Assembly: GCF_036321535.1 (NCBI RefSeq)
Contig: NC_087472.1
Span: 99,202,001 to 99,266,000, forward strand
Direction of reading: 5' to 3'
Length of the DNA: 64,000 nucleotides
DNA from: Camelus dromedarius
Taxonomy: Eukaryota
Of the stretch, positions 1-14,029 are shown piece after piece (position 1 is the stretch's first letter; each line of letters opens with the position of its first letter). The notes beneath the pieces are model-generated. The model had not been told where the DNA came from. It searched no databases and worked only from the letters and a program-made list of their open reading frames with translations. The position numbers and the translations under genes were made by a program.

Positions 1-165
1 TGAATGAAATAGACAAAGATGTTTGCCTTTGTGGAGTTTACAATATGGGGGGGGGCAGGGGGTAAAAGGCAGGGGAGAGATAATAAACAATAGGCATGAT
101 AAACACATTGTCTGGGACAATAGAGGTTGGTAAGTGATGTGAAAAAAGAAAAAAGTAGATAGGGG

Positions 166-433
166 GTGTGTTAGTTTTCTCTTGCTGCTGTAACAAATTA
201 CTCCTCTATTACCGTGTCACATCTTCTCTGACTCTGACTCTCTTGCCTCCCTGTTATAAGGACCCTTGTAATTACATCATGCCCACCCAAATAATCCAGC
301 ATAATGTCCCCATCTCAAGATCTTTAACTTGATCACACTTGCACAGTCTCTTTCGCCATGTCAGGTGGCATATTCACAGGTTCTGGGGATTAGGATGTGA
401 ACATCTTTGAGGAGCCATTATTCTGTCTACCAC
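166..433 (-). mobile_element. MaLR LTR (MLT1 family) inserted in L2
   Basis: tgtgttagttttc...tgctgctgtaacaaattac and ...ccattattctgtctaccaca termini. Confidence 0.8.
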
Positions 434-870
434 AAGGGGTTTGCAGTTTTAACTTGGCAGTTACAGGCCTCATTTAAAAAGGTAAGATTTGAACAAAAAT
501 GTGAAAGGAAGTAGTTACCTGTGAAGTTGCACATATGGAGAACTTTATGAAAAAGAGGTAACAGCCAGAGCAAAGGCCCTGAGGCTGGAGGGCTCATAAT
601 GTGTTGAAGGAACAAGGAGGTCAGCACAGCTGGCATAGAATGAGGCAGGGAGAGTACCAAGAGATAACGTCAGAGAAAGAGACAGATCATTTGGAGTGAA
701 TGATTGGGATGAGGACATTGATCAGATGAGAATAGTAATATGCCTTACATGTTAAAGACTCTTTCGGGCTGCCATATTAAGAGTAGACTGTACGGAGGCA
801 AAGGATCAATCAGTAACAACTGCTTGGAATGCTATATGGAGAAGAATGCTGAGACCAGATTCACTGCAGG
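434..870 (-). mobile_element. L2 fragment (continues from 1-165)
   Basis: agcaaaggccctgagg...tgttgaaggaacaaggaggtcag, typical L2 3' region. Confidence 0.65.
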
Positions 871-3699
871 CATGGGAGGAATGAAAACATAGCTGGGGTC
901 TTAGAACCAGTAATTTCCACCCCTGTAGTACATATGGTGATCTTGAAATGTTATACTAAAGGAGCATGTTTCATGTGTTTTATAGAGAATTTTAAAAAAT
1001 ATTTTAAGCAAAGCAGAAATATGTTAATACATGTCTAAAAATTTTCATTGAGGCAGCAATGAGAAAAGCTGTCTCACTGAACTAAAATGCAAATGTGCAC
1101 ATTTCTCATATTCTTGATACTTCTTGCGATGTATTTGGTAGAACCTGAAATGTCTAACATGTGCGGGACTTGTGATAATGGCTTCTTGGCTGTGCAATTT
1201 TATTTTTAATTGCAAACACCTGACAGTTCAGATGGTCCCTTTCCTCAGTCAACCTGATGCTATTTAAATCTACGGATATGATGCTTATGGTGAAGAGAGA
1301 GGCTTTCGTCTGGTCTCAAGCTGATTTTCATAAGGGACCTGCCCCTTCCTAGGGAGGAGAGCAGTCAGAAGGGCTCTGTTTCTCTTCTGCAGCTCTGGAA
1401 ACCTGAGAAACTGACTTTACCAAACAGTCAAGATGATGATGAGCCCTGGGGAAGCAAAACAGATTGGTACACCCAAGTGCTAGTTAATTGACTTGAAGCA
1501 TGAGGTTTAGATGGTCAGTTTTCTACAGAGAAAACTTACTCTTGACAATAACCACTTGAAAGGCTAAATTACAGATCATAAAAATCATATTAATAAAAGT
1601 TTGAATTTGTATATTTCTTCATGCCAGGCAGTGTTCCAAGCACACTTCTATTCATTTACTCAACAAATAATTATTCAGCAGGTACTTGATGCCAGATATC
1701 ATCTTAGGCACTTGGAAAACATCAAGTTTTTTTTTTTTCAAGAAAGTTTCATGCTTTATATATTTTGAAAGCAAAGCCAACAGGATTTCCTGTTGGACTG
1801 GATATGAAAAGTGGTATAAAGAGAAGTCAAGGATGAAGCCAAGTTCTAGGGAGGGAAAGATGGTCAGTGAGGAATTCTTCATGAAGAGGGTGCTCCTGTT
1901 CTGGGCAATACCCTGGGCTTTCTTGGTTTTCTCCAAATCTCCAATCACAGTCTACTGCACCCAGCAGCCTTGTGTTAGTGATCTGTGGAGAAAATGAAGG
2001 TGAAACAGAGGTGCCTGTGCAAGGGACAGTTGCAGGAGGCAAGATGAGGGCCTGGTGAGTGTGAATCAAGAATTTGGATGGAATAGAAATTCAGAAAGAA
2101 AAATGCCCAGGAAACTATAAAATCTCCCCACCTCCACGATCCTTAGAAATACGGCAACAGACCTGGGGCATCTCACAATATAGAGATCAGAGCTTGAGAA
2201 ACTGGAGAAAGTTTACATGGGACTCATGTAAAACAGAAGCTCAAGAAAGAAAACTTGAAAGTATTTGGGCATTCAGAACACACTACCTTTTACTAAATAT
2301 CTATAAATATAATTATTATGAGTTTGTAACTAAGAGAAACGTATTAGCCCTCATTACAAACTTAGAATATAGGTACTTAAACTATTCTCATTCCATAAAG
2401 GAGAAAATTGGGACCTAGAGAGGGTCAGCAAATTGCTTGCCCTTACCCAGCAAGAGAGAGGGAGAGGTCTTAAACCTTAAGCCTTAAACATGGGTCTTTT
2501 TGACCCCATGAAATGTACTCTCCTTGACTGACAATTAACAAAGAATATGCACTTATATGGTATCCTTTTTATGTGTTTACATGCCTAGGTTAACCATTGG
2601 ACACACTTGTGTATATTTTAGCCATTGTGGTATTTTGATGATTCTCAACAGATTTTTTTCTTTGCTTATCAAACTCTACATTAAATAAGCTCTTCAGCTA
2701 TGGTATATTAGTCATCATTAACATGGTGTAAGCTGCAAAGGGCAGAGTTTTTTCTCTGCTTTATTCGTTGCCTCCTTAACACCTAGAAAAGGTCCTGGCA
2801 CATAGTAGGTGCTCAATGAGTGTTTGTTGAGTGAAAAATTGGTAAATCCATCCAACCATCTGGTTTGGTATAGATGGCCACTAAATCTGATCCTTGACTG
2901 GAATGGTGTATCAGATGGTAACCAAAAGGCACTCTTTCTCATTTGGAAGTGCTTGAGGAAATGCCAAGATAAACAAGAAGGAGTCTCAGAGGACACACTA
3001 TCTAGGCAACCAATATTGTCTGTAAAACCGACAATTCTACTTCCTAAATGAGTATTAGGTCCCATTCAAGAGCCTGGCTAGGATTTCTGACACTTTCTGA
3101 ACTGAGAAGAAGAAACCCACTGCTCCTTCCTCTACTGCCCCGATCTGTGCTGACTCCTGCTGAACTCCTTTAAGCAATGTGAATAGTGCTGAGCTCCTTT
3201 TAGTGATCAGGCATGCTCCTGTTTCAACTTCCTTTGAGTTCTAGCCTCCTGATTCACTATCCCTTTCCCGACCGTTAATTACCATCCCCATCTCCCCTCC
3301 AGCCTCTCAGACATTCCTCTGGAAACTCTGGCTCCGGGCCTGGTCAAGCCTTTTTAATGTATCCTCTCTCCATTTCAAGTGACATTATCCTACCCGGCCC
3401 TCACCATGGCTTTGCCTTCATGACACCAGGTAGCTGAACTATCTTCATAAACTACATGTTTGAGTTTTTTGTGGTTACTTTTTATTGAAACATCAATCAA
3501 GAAAAATGTACTGATAACCAGTGCACAGCATGATAAAATTTTGTAAACCAAACACACCCATATTACCTGCAGCCAGATCAAGAAAGGGAACATTGCCAGC
3601 ATCTCAAAAGCTGCTCTCATACTCTTTTCCATCACTAACCCCACCCCACTGCCTTTTCCCCTCTCTTCGCTCTAATCTCTGATTAACATGTTCAAACAA

Positions 3700-5138
3700 G
3701 AGAACTTGTTTTGGGAGATTTTTAACTCTTCTCTGAAGCTTCTACTTTAGAGAACCTGATTGAAGAGGGGGCTTTCTCATCTCTTGCATCTTGTGAAATA
3801 GGTTCAAAAGATAGAAATGACCACTGTTGATTCTTATTCTTATTCTTATCATTGCATATTAAAAACTCCACATTCAAATGACAGTCTAGTCTGTGACAAA
3901 TGGACAAACCAGGAAAAGAAGCCATTGCAAAAAGGTGATTAAAATCCTCTGAATAGTTGACATGCCAAAACTTGGGCATATCCAGCCCAGATTTCTGTTA
4001 TTTCAGAAAGGTTTCAATAAGCTGTAGCCACGCCACCTATCCTGTATGAAGATGAGCATGCATCTTGCTCACCATCACTCAACTGTAATAAAGATAATTT
4101 CTCTCTAAACCAAACTTCCTACTGGCTTTATGACAGATGTCTGTAGACATCTCTGGCTCTGCACTCACACCTCCCCCAAGGTCTGAGTTTGCATATTGAA
4201 AGATAAATGATATTTAAAAGATATATGTGTGTGTGTGAGTGTGTGAGTGTGTCTGTCTGTGTGTGTGTGTGTATCAGGAGATTTCTGAGATTACCTTTGA
4301 GAGAATTTTATTCGGCTACCAGAGCTTAGAGCTTCTGAGAAGTTTTATGCCAGGAAGAGTTAATTAAATACAATGCATCCTGGGGCTTGAGAGCTGAGAG
4401 CCTAACGAGATTCAATGTTTCATGAGAGACTACTTAAATTGAAACAGTGGCAGAATTATCTAGAAGCTTCTGATGAACTTTCAAGCTTGATATGTTCCTC
4501 ATTTCATTTTTTGGTCTGATACAACACACAGCCCATTGCAGTAAACCAATTTATGGATGCCAGAATCTCCTCAGTTCACTTCAGGAAGGCAATTTGAGAT
4601 GAGATTTATTTTGATGGTGTTTTAGATGTTGTTGTGTCTAATAATGATAATGACAGTGTATGGAAACTGGCACAATAGAAGTGCATAAGCTACTGGGGGG
4701 AGAGAGGCCCAAAATTTCATAAGAAGATGCTCATTATCTTTCACCAGCAGCAGATAAAGTTGAAATTTATCTCTACTGATGGCCTGCAGCCCAAAACACC
4801 CGACCATTTCCAAGGCACACAGATTACAGTACTTTGGAAATCACCCAATATGGAAGGGCACAGGAATGTCTTTGTTTTCTGGCTGGAAAGCCAGAGTTCT
4901 CTCTCTGCCTCAAGTTTCACATTTTTTAGCCCGCTCTCTGGGATCTACTGTAGTTTCAGTAGACAGCATGAATAAGAGGCTCGGGAGACTTAGCAGGAGC
5001 TGTAAGGGAGAAAGTGACAGTGATGGTAGATTTGGCAGGTGATTAGGAATATGCAGCACATCGAGCTTTGCATCATTTGCACACCCCACTCTTTAGCCCC
5101 CTTGCCAGAGAATGAGATACCTACTCTTTTCTTCTTTC
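3700..5138 (-). pseudogene. Large fossil exon (about 1.4 kb) of extension, interrupted by a TG microsatellite
   Basis: ttccacctcag acceptor; long semi-open frames (AKLDVLHIPNHLPNLP..., SSWHKTSQKL*ALVAE, KSGLDMPKFWHVNYSEDFNHLF) recalling the 'H....L...G.P...L' repeats of LOC400499-type LLTP extensions. Confidence 0.5.
4224..4272. repeat. Imperfect (TG)n microsatellite
   Basis: Direct observation. Confidence 0.95.
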
Positions 5139-5854
5139 CTGAGGTGGAAACCGGATGAAAAATGAGAGCAGTGAACATCAGAGACAGGCATCTGGTGATG
5201 GCTCAAATGCCCCCTGGACAGTGTAGGGACAGCCCCTACTTCTGTTGCTCACACTTCAGTTTCTGATGGAAACATGATTTTCAGTCTCCTGGTCTACAAG
5301 TCCAATTTAATTTAATTTAATTTAGTAAGGAGGTGCGCCTAATTGAAGTAAACTGTCCTTTTCTTCCAACACCTTTCAATTTCATTGTAACTTCCCTTTT
5401 GGTTTCAGCCTGTGACAGTCGGCTAAGTGTGTAGGAGATTAGAGTTATCATGTCTAGATTTATGCAAATAAATATACACTATAGAGATCAGAAATAGAGA
5501 ATGCCATAGCTGGATTACCAGTGTGGTTCTCCTGTCTGCAAGTTACAAAGATAGCGGAACACATTTTGTTACCTTTTCAAAGTGTTGATACTCGTCATTC
5601 TTAACTTTTCAATTGCAAATATGACACGAATCATTAACCATAACATCAGTTTAATGAAAAGATCATAGCTTATAAATCAGATCATTTAAGAATCTATAAA
5701 TAAACTCAATGGAATGTAAACTACTTAATGGAAGGGGAAATAGCTTTCTCATTGATTAAAAATGTTTCCCCCTGTCACCTTTAGCCTATTAATAGGCCCA
5801 ATCCTGAATTAAAAGCTGAACTGCACACCATATGTGCCAGAGACAGAGAGAACA

Positions 5855-6020
5855 TTCCAGCTCTTCTCGAATTTTCATGTTCTTGTAAATCACCTAGACA
5901 TCTTGTTAAAATGCAGATTCTGATTCAGCAGGTCCAGGGAGGGGCTGGAGTGTCCTCCTTTCTGACAAGTTCTGGGTGATGCTGCTGGCTTGTGGATCAC
6001 ACTTCAAATATGGAGGGTGC
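5855..6020. mobile_element. MER5A-type hAT-Charlie MITE
   Basis: aatcacctagacatcttgttaaaatgcagattctgattcagcaggtcc signature. Confidence 0.8.
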
Positions 6021-6627
6021 AGACAATCCTCTGCCCTGGAAGGAGGTTTCATTCAGTATGACAGTCCTTCCAGAAATGTGCCCAACCTTGTGACACACAT
6101 GCAATTTCCTGGTTGCTGTTATGATTCGCTCTCATATTTTTTTGCAATTGCATGAAATAAATATATTTGAAATATATTTTTGTTTATTAATTCACATTTT
6201 GCTTCCACCACATCCTCCCCCACCCTCATTCAAACAGTAACTGACACTGTGCCCTCTGGCACATAAGAGGGAGGGGGCAGAAAAGAAAGTGATTTCTTTC
6301 TAGATTTGAATGCTTCAAGGACCCAAGGCCAGTTCTCTGCCACCCTATCACCTTATCACTCTATTTTCTCCCTGTCACTGAAGCCAGTTGTTGGTTTGCA
6401 GTTCTAACTGTACTTGCTCTGTTGCACTTGTAATAGAGTAAGGAGAATCAGTCAATATTTCTTGTACCCACTATCTCTATGACAGATTAAGAGGGCAGCC
6501 TTTTACAAGATAAATGAGAGAGAGCATATTTCCCTGTTATTTTGCAAAGAAAGTGTACCTATGTCAAAAGTATACAACTGAAGACCCCATTATGAAACAG
6601 ACCATAGTAAGAACTGTCAATAGCATT

Positions 6628-6850
6628 CAGAAGGGTTTCTCATCCTTGGCACTAATGACATTTGGGGCTGAATAATTCTTTGTTGTGGGACTGTCCTGTG
6701 CATTGGAGAATGTTTAGCAGCATCCCTGGCCTCCCCCTGTTAGATGTCAGCAGCAATCCCTGCCCTCCTATACACACACACACACACACACACTCCAAAC
6801 ATTGCAAAATGTCTCTGAGGGACAAACTCACTCCTGTTAAGAACCCCTGG
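6628..6850 (+). mobile_element. MER20 hAT-Charlie element
   Basis: ttctcatccttggcactaatgacatttggggc...tgtcctgtgcattggagaatgtttagcagcatccctggcc...ccaaacattgcaaaatgtc. Confidence 0.85.
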
Positions 6851-6861
6851 CATACAGTGGG

Positions 6862-7110
6862 AATAGCACATACTTAGAGTACGTATCATGTACCTGGCAG
6901 GGTTCTAGGTATCTACATGTATTCATACATTTAATGCTCAGTACAACTCTATGAGATAGGTACTATTATTTTTCCTAGTATAGATGAGGAAGCTGGAACA
7001 CAGGTAGGTTAAGTAACTTACCCAAAGTCACAGAGCCAGTGGGTAGAAGAGCTGGGATTTCCATCTAAGCATTCTAGTTTCAGAATCTGTGCTGTTCACC
7101 GACATACAGT
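6862..7110 (-). mobile_element. MIR SINE
   Basis: agatgaggaagctggaacacagg...ggttaagtaacttacccaaagtcacagagc core. Confidence 0.85.
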
Positions 7111-7349
7111 GTGATGAAACATTTAGTAAGCCAGAAAAGGAGTGCAGCTTCAATAGGGCTTATTTTAAATGTGAATAAAGGCCTTAGGGCTGACTTCCTG
7201 GAAGTTTTCTAAGTTCTCCTCTGGCACTGGTACTGGCCCAACCAGCAGTGCTTCCCAGGCAGTATGTACTTTGCCCAGACCAGAACCTGTATATGACCTG
7301 GTCACCAGTTATTGTTAATCCTTTCTAGCTGTTTTTTGAACCACTACCA

Positions 7350-7851
7350 TACCATTGCATGAAGTTGACCAGATGCCCCAGAGAGCTCTGGAAATCATAT
7401 CTACAGGCTGGTCTTGAGGTCCCAGTTCCAGGAGGGCAGCCTGGTGAAGACAGTGCTCCCACCAGCCAGCATGGTATTTCTTTCATGAAAGTGCACAAGA
7501 TTGGTGCTGACTCACTGTTTTGGAGTAGCTCTCACTCATATCACACACAGGACAAGTCTGAGCTACCAGTGGTCCACCACCAACCCTTGGGCATTGCTGC
7601 TTCCAGTCCATAGCACCTGATGGTGAGAGGATTGGCAGCAGGCACCCATTACCATGTGTGTCCACCTACTGGCGCCCAAGGTGATCCCCTCCCCCTGTAG
7701 TCTCTAAAGGCGTTGGTGGCCCTCAAAGGGAGGCCGTGCCTTTGTCCTCAAGGGCTTCTGAGACCATCATTCCACAATGCCAACACTATCCAGGTCCTCT
7801 CTTGCCTCTGATCAATGTGGTGACTCTCTACTCTCCCAGTTCAGATTCAAG
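7350..7851 (-). pseudogene. Fossil exon of extension
   Basis: tgtcccttgtcccacacag acceptor; GC-richer non-repeat segment reading LESELGE*RVTTLIRGK... with scattered stops. Confidence 0.45.
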
Positions 7852-8580
7852 CTGTGTGGGACAAGGGACAGACATTTCTTGTGCAAATGGGACTGTCTTC
7901 TCATTCAGCCCTGGGCTATCCTCTATTCTCCTTCCTGCTAGTGGCTGTGAGTGCGCAGCAGGGGTATAGTCAACACTGAGCGAGACTGAAGTCTAGGAAT
8001 GCAGTGATAATGGCCTAAAGTGTTCAAGAGAAGACATGGCTGACTGATGTGCTATTCTTCCTTTGCACTATAAAATTCTGGGTGGTAAATTTAACATGAC
8101 CAGAAAATGGCTTATTCACGTTTTCCTGCACACTTTGAGTAAGACTTGCATTTGTCATCATCATCAATAAAACACAGTTACAACATCTGAAAGAGTCATG
8201 GGCAGCAGGATGGATGATGCATAGTTAATATGTAATGAAGTCACCAGCATCATGTAAATGTCATTAGGGAACTGTAGGAGCAAGAAGATCTGTATTGCTT
8301 CAATAGTTTCCTAGTTTATTAGTTTTTTTTTTAATCATGAGTGGGTGTTACATGATTTCTTTAATAATGATATCCTCTGGTTCATGTTACCCAAGGAAAA
8401 ATGCACATCTCAACCTAGTGGCAAAAACTGGATCAAAGTCTGGACATTATGACCTTTCTGAATATTTTGAATATTTCTCATCAAGGGCATTATCAAATGG
8501 AGCAATCTGTTTTGTTCATTAATCATAAAAAATGAATCTTTAGGACTTTCATTTGTCAGCAGATAATCTTACCTACTTAC

Positions 8581-8774
8581 CTTTATTAAAAGAAGTGAAA
8601 GCCATCGCCCAATTTACATTCCTAAAAGTGTGAAATTGAATCCCCAATTCCAAATATGTTTTGTTGATTTGAAACTTTAAGCTAGCTTTGCTCAGTTCAT
8701 CTTCCTCAACTAGCATTGACAGTGTGAATTGGGAGTTCCAAATAGAAGTTATTGAACTGCAGTGCAATATAATA
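8581..8774 (-). pseudogene. Fossil exon of extension (fully open)
   Basis: Acceptor ctttatttcccttttag, consensus donor AAG|gtaagt; 64 open codons: IILHCSSITSIWNSQFTLSMLVEEDELSKASLKFQINKTYLELGIQFHTFRNVNWAMAFTSFNK. Confidence 0.65.
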
Positions 8775-9002
8775 CTAAAAGGGAAATAAAGACATTTATT
8801 TGTTCTAAATATAAAAACACTGTGCAAGGATCCTATCCATGTTCAAAATGAGCTACCAGTTTATGAAGAGCTTTTCTGTTATGGAACTGAATTCAATTCA
8901 GTATCAAAATCAGTCCGAGGAGTCAGGGCTGAATGCTACCTTGCACCTCACAATGTGAAATACAAGACCTGACATTTCATGTTTTCACAGAAGTTAAGGT
9001 AC

Positions 9003-9363
9003 CTGTTTTCCAGTTCCAAATCAAAAGAGTAATGAAACGTGAAAGAAAACAATTAATAGCTAACTCTGTCTATTTTTAGTTTGCATTTCCCATGTATAGA
9101 GTAAAATATGATCACCATTAGTATCTGTGTTTATTATGTTATCTCTTTGCACTGTATTTCAGTAAAAACAAAGGAAGCTTGATTATATTTCTGGTAATTG
9201 ATTTTCCATACACCTGTCCTGCTTCACTAATTTATCTGCTTGGTCTGTAGATGCACTTGAGTTCATGACTCATTCAGCAAGTATCCAACAAATGATGATT
9301 GAACTGAGTGCACTGTAAACACTCCTGACATTCTGGTTTGTTCATTGGATTTTCTTTTGATTT
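9003..9363 (-). pseudogene. Fossil exon of extension
   Basis: EIKRKSNEQTRMSGVFTVHSVQSSFVGYLLNES*...FHYSFDLELEN; donor AG|gtacct in phase 2, matching the 8,774 acceptor. Confidence 0.45.
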
Positions 9364-9644
9364 CTATGTTACGTAGTGCAATAGCAAAAAAATTAGGCCC
9401 AAAGCAAGCATTCAGTAAAGATATAAAACAGAATTGCAGACGTTGATAAAGAACAATGAAATAATGCTAGATCCAGAGGTGACACTCAGAATAGTTAGAA
9501 TGCTAACTCTCAGAAGGCTAATAAAAATATTTTCAATTGATGTACATTAAATAAGTAAGTAAAAATACCTAAAAATCCACTGAAAGGCCCGCTATGTCTT
9601 AAGCAATTTTTTAAAAAATCAGTCTACTCCAATCATGGCTCAAC

Positions 9645-10099
9645 CTGTAAAAGCCCACATAGATTCATTTACATCATTGTCCTTCTGTGATTAAAACACT
9701 CAATGACACTTTTTCAATTCCAAAAACAAGTCCCTATTGCAAACTTCTCTTTTTTCACATTTTATTGTAATGACTGGGGCAAATACGTACTTCACTTTGG
9801 GGATCTTATATTTGTCTTACCCCAGTTTACTAATTTTCTCTGATTGTGAGTATAGTATGCCTCTAATCCTTTCCTAGAACGAAGTAGGAGGTAAATATAC
9901 ACATTCCTTCCTAGGATACTTCAAGTGAGAGAAAACGTGCTAAAACAGGCCTTGAGGCAAGTTAGCTAAGACTAATACTGTGTTATTTAAGCAATTTCTA
10001 TAAGGTTTTATTCTTATAAATATATTTCTAGTGGAAAATTTAAAAATCATTTTCAGGTTTTTACTTTCGCACATAGAAAACATGAAGCTATTATCTAGC
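9645..10099 (-). pseudogene. Fossil exon of extension
   Basis: Long pyrimidine tract plus cccag acceptor; LDNSFMFSMCESKNLKMIFKFSTRNIFIRIK...GLF*HVFSHLKYP. Confidence 0.5.
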
Positions 10100-10479
10100 C
10101 TGGGATTAATAAAGAAGCACAAACAAAACCAAATAAAAGCACAAAGTAAAAAACAAATCAAAGACCAGAGAGAGAGATTCTGCTGCTCAAATCTAGTATT
10201 GGACCAAAAGTTTAATAGATGCATCAAAAGTCTTCCCAAATCAAATGCCTGCCAGTTGATAAAGAACCACCAGTGATAGAAAGCTTCCCCCAAAGACAAG
10301 AGACTGGAAATGTATTTCCTCCTCAGAGTGAAATGAAGAAGGATTATAAGAGAGAATGGAAAACAGGCAAGTGAATTCAATCAGCCATTTAACAAGTATG
10401 ACGAAGCAACTTTGTGAGTCAGTCTCTGACCAAGATGCTAGAGACACAAGTGAACACAGCAGTCCAAGTCTGGTCCTCA

Positions 10480-10735
10480 TAGAGCCCTTATGCTGGTGAA
10501 TGAGACACTGATAGACAACTAAAATAAATAAGTAAATATAATACAGGGTTGGGTGTGTCTGAAAAGAAAAAACAGAAGGTAAGGAGACAGAGGCATTGAG
10601 AGGAGGATGCGATTTCAGACAGGAAAGTCAGGGAAGGTTCTATAAGAAGAGAACATTTGAGCAGAGACCTGAATGAAGTGAAGGAGTAAGGTAGGCAAAG
10701 ATCCATCAACAGAGGAATGAATAAGTAAAACGTGA
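10480..10735 (-). mobile_element. L2 fragment
   Basis: gtcagggaaggttc...acatttgagcagagacctgaatgaagtgaagg. Confidence 0.7.
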
Positions 10736-11559
10736 CAGATATATATATATGGCACATATATATATGTTATATATTATATATAAACATTGTTTGACCACAA
10801 AAAGGAATGAGATTCAGATACATGCTGCAACACTGGATGAACCTTGTGGCAAGTTTTGCTGTAAATAGTAAGAGAAGTGGGGTAAAAGAGGGACAGTAGG
10901 ATTAGGGAGGGTTTTTTGGTAATGAGCCTGTTTGCCACTGGGAAGTAATGTCAGTTGAACCAGATGTGACTTTATGTCAGATAAAGACCCAATTTCCATA
11001 ACAAGTAAAAGGCTGAGCAGTGCACACCAGAAAGCAAGCCAAACACTGAAATTATGACAAGTAAGAACTCTGAGCTAATCCTTCCAGTTAGTCACAAGAT
11101 TCAACCCCTTCCCAAAGGGGGATTCATTCCCACATTCCATAGTTAGACAAACACATGGAAAATTTGGAAATGACCCAGGGAAAATCACAAATATGAGATG
11201 TTTTGATAAACAAGAGGTAGAGAAGTGAAAGGAAAAAGAAAGAAGAGAAAAATAAGGAAATAATTACTAATTTTTTTTCATGTAACTGGAGAGCTTTTTC
11301 ACAGAGAATTTGTGAATATTCTTCACCATATACTCAGAGGAATAATAAAAAAAAATTAGTAAAATGACTTAGACAACCTTGGGATTGGCAAAACAGACCA
11401 TATTACATATTACATGCATATTACATATTGCATCATAAAATCTGAAACATTGGAATGAGTTTCTGGTTATGAAACCTCTTTGCTATTGCTTGCAAAGCCA
11501 GACAAGTTCTAATATTGTTCTGGAATTTCTGGCAAATACAATAAGATGTTAAAATTTAA

Positions 11560-13720
11560 AAAGAGGTATGACTATTGGCAGACAGAAGAAAGAATTTTTA
11601 TTATTTGCAGGCATTAAGATTGCATACCTAGTTAAGGCAAGAGAATCAATAAGAAAACTATTAGAATTAATAAGGGCATTCAAAAAATGGCAGCATGCAG
11701 GGTAATTATTAAGAAATCAATACTTTAATTGATGTAATTAAATGTAATTAATGTAATTAATGTAATTAAAATGCAATAACACAGCCTGAAAAATACCCGA
11801 GAAGTAATAAGAAATGTTGTGTGTGTACATATATATATACCCATATATATAAAGACTCTTTTTTTAAGTGAAAGAAGATCTGGATACCATGTCCCTGATT
11901 GGGCAGACTCAATCTTACTAAAATGGCCATTTTTCCCAAATGAGGGGTAATACGGTCCTGATCATAATCTCATGAGGATTGATTTTAACTTGACAGTATA
12001 TTTCTGAAGTTCATCTAAAAAAATAAAGAGATGAAAAATGGCCAAGAAAACTTTTGAGGAGAAATGATAGTGGGCTTCCTCTTCTAGATATTAAAGCTAT
12101 TTATAAATCTCAAATAACTGAAATGATGAAACATCGGTAAAAGATTTATAGAGAGAGCAATAAAATAGAAGAACTTATACAAGAACAAAGCTCTGGAATA
12201 CATGTGTATTTACTATACAACTGAGTAGGTATAACAAATCAGTTGGGAAAGGATGAATTTTTCTATAAGAAGTGAAGAGTAAAAATTGACAGCTATATAA
12301 GAAAATCATATTAAATTCTTACTATATCATGCATCAAAATAAACTTCAAAATTAAACATAAAGAATCAAATCACATAAAAGCTAGAAAAATAGATATCTG
12401 ATTTGTGAGTGAAAAAAATTTAAATATAAAAGTAATTTTTTAAATGACAAAAAATATATATATACACAACTTGAGAAGTAAGTCAACAAATTGAGAAAAA
12501 TATTTGCAACAAATATGACAGACTAAAATGAATATCCATAATACGTAATGAGTTCTTCAAAACTGGTCAGATAACCCTAAGACATGATATAAAAATAGCC
12601 CAAGGACAATTTAAAAAAATGCAAATGGCGAGAAAATAACCTCATTCACAATTGAAAATAATCAAATTGAATAACAAATGTGATGGTAATAATTGTGGCC
12701 CCCAATGAATCACACCTTTCTGGGTCCATGCTCCTTTGCCATGTGATGTTGATACTCCTTTCATGAAGAAATACAATCTTTTTCCCTACCCCTTGAAGCT
12801 GGGATAGCCTTATGACTTGTTTTGACCAAAAGAATGTGGTAGAAATTATTCTGTGCTAGTTCTGGAGGTTAGGCCTTGTGGGGCCTCCCTTTTCTATCTT
12901 GTCACCGCATTGGAACCCCGAGACTGTGAAGAAGTTCAGTCTAACATATATTTCAAGATAAGAGACCATGATGGGAAGAAAAAGGGCGACCCAGCCAATG
13001 GCTAGAAATAACTTGCAGATATTTGAGTGAGGCCATGTCAGCCCCTTCAGCTCCAGCCAGCAGTCACAGGACTGCAGATGCATAAATGACCTAAGAGCAG
13101 GAGAAGAACATAGCCCCAGCTTGCCAGCCCACAGAGTCATAAGAAATAATGAAACTTTGGGATGGTTTGTTACATAACAACAGGTAGCTGATACAGTAAG
13201 TTTCCACTTTTATCTACCAAATTAGCAAAGAATTAAAAGAAAAAAGACACTAATTACTAATGAAGAAACAGTTGGTGAAATACCATAATTCTAGGAGTAT
13301 AAGTAGGTACAAACTGGGAAATGATGTTGCAATATTCACCAAGTTATTAAATATATTTAAATCCTTTGACCCGGTAATTCTAATTCTAGAGTTTTATCTT
13401 ACAGAAAAGGTTAAAATGAGGACAAGATTTATGCACAAAGATGTTTGTTATTCATAATTTTTAAAATCAAGGAAAATACCTATTTAACAATAGAATAACA
13501 TGTTTTAAAAAATTAAAATGTATCTATGTGATGAACTGTTATTTCATGGAACCTGGTCCCTATGGTCAGAAATCCTGAATATAGACCTAAATCCATAGAA
13601 TGATCTGTCTGAGTTTGTGTTTAGAGGAGGCAGGTAGCAAAGACCAAAATGAAGTATACCCCCAAACTTAATAGTAATCATCTCGGAGTGTGTTACATGA
13701 GTTATCGTTATTTTCTTCTT
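11560..13720 (+). mobile_element. Old L1 (L1M) ORF2/3' fragments interrupted by an MLT1 LTR
   Basis: ORF2 remnants such as aaactattagaattaataagggcattc, ccatgtccctgattgggcagactcaat and aaaatatttgcaac. Confidence 0.75.
12679..13195 (+). mobile_element. MaLR LTR (MLT1F/G-like)
   Basis: Starts tgtgatgg...ggcccccaatgaatcacacc; ends tttgttacataacaacaggtagctgataca. Confidence 0.8.
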
Positions 13721-14029
13721 TAGCTTTTCTCTGGAGAAATACAATCCTGGCCTCTTGTTCTAATTGCTTCTCTTGCTTCTTCTAGTGTTATTAAAATGTC
13801 AAATGTCAGAGAGAAAAATATATTGGTCATAATAATGAGGTAGAAGCAAAATTGACAACTACAGGAAGTACTAAGTTTATGTAAAACATAAGACTCCCTT
13901 GACATAAAGATTGTTTTAAAAATTACATCAGCTAGACTTGAGAAAAAACTTAATTTGAGAAATATCAGAAACAATTCAATATTAGATATATAAGAATTTA
14001 GTAATTTAGACACATAACTTAAAATGTAA

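Noticed and set aside
10031..10366. Plus-strand exon/ORF (81 aa)
   Set aside because: Overlaps the polypyrimidine tract and exon of the minus-strand fossil; no partner exons on the plus strand.
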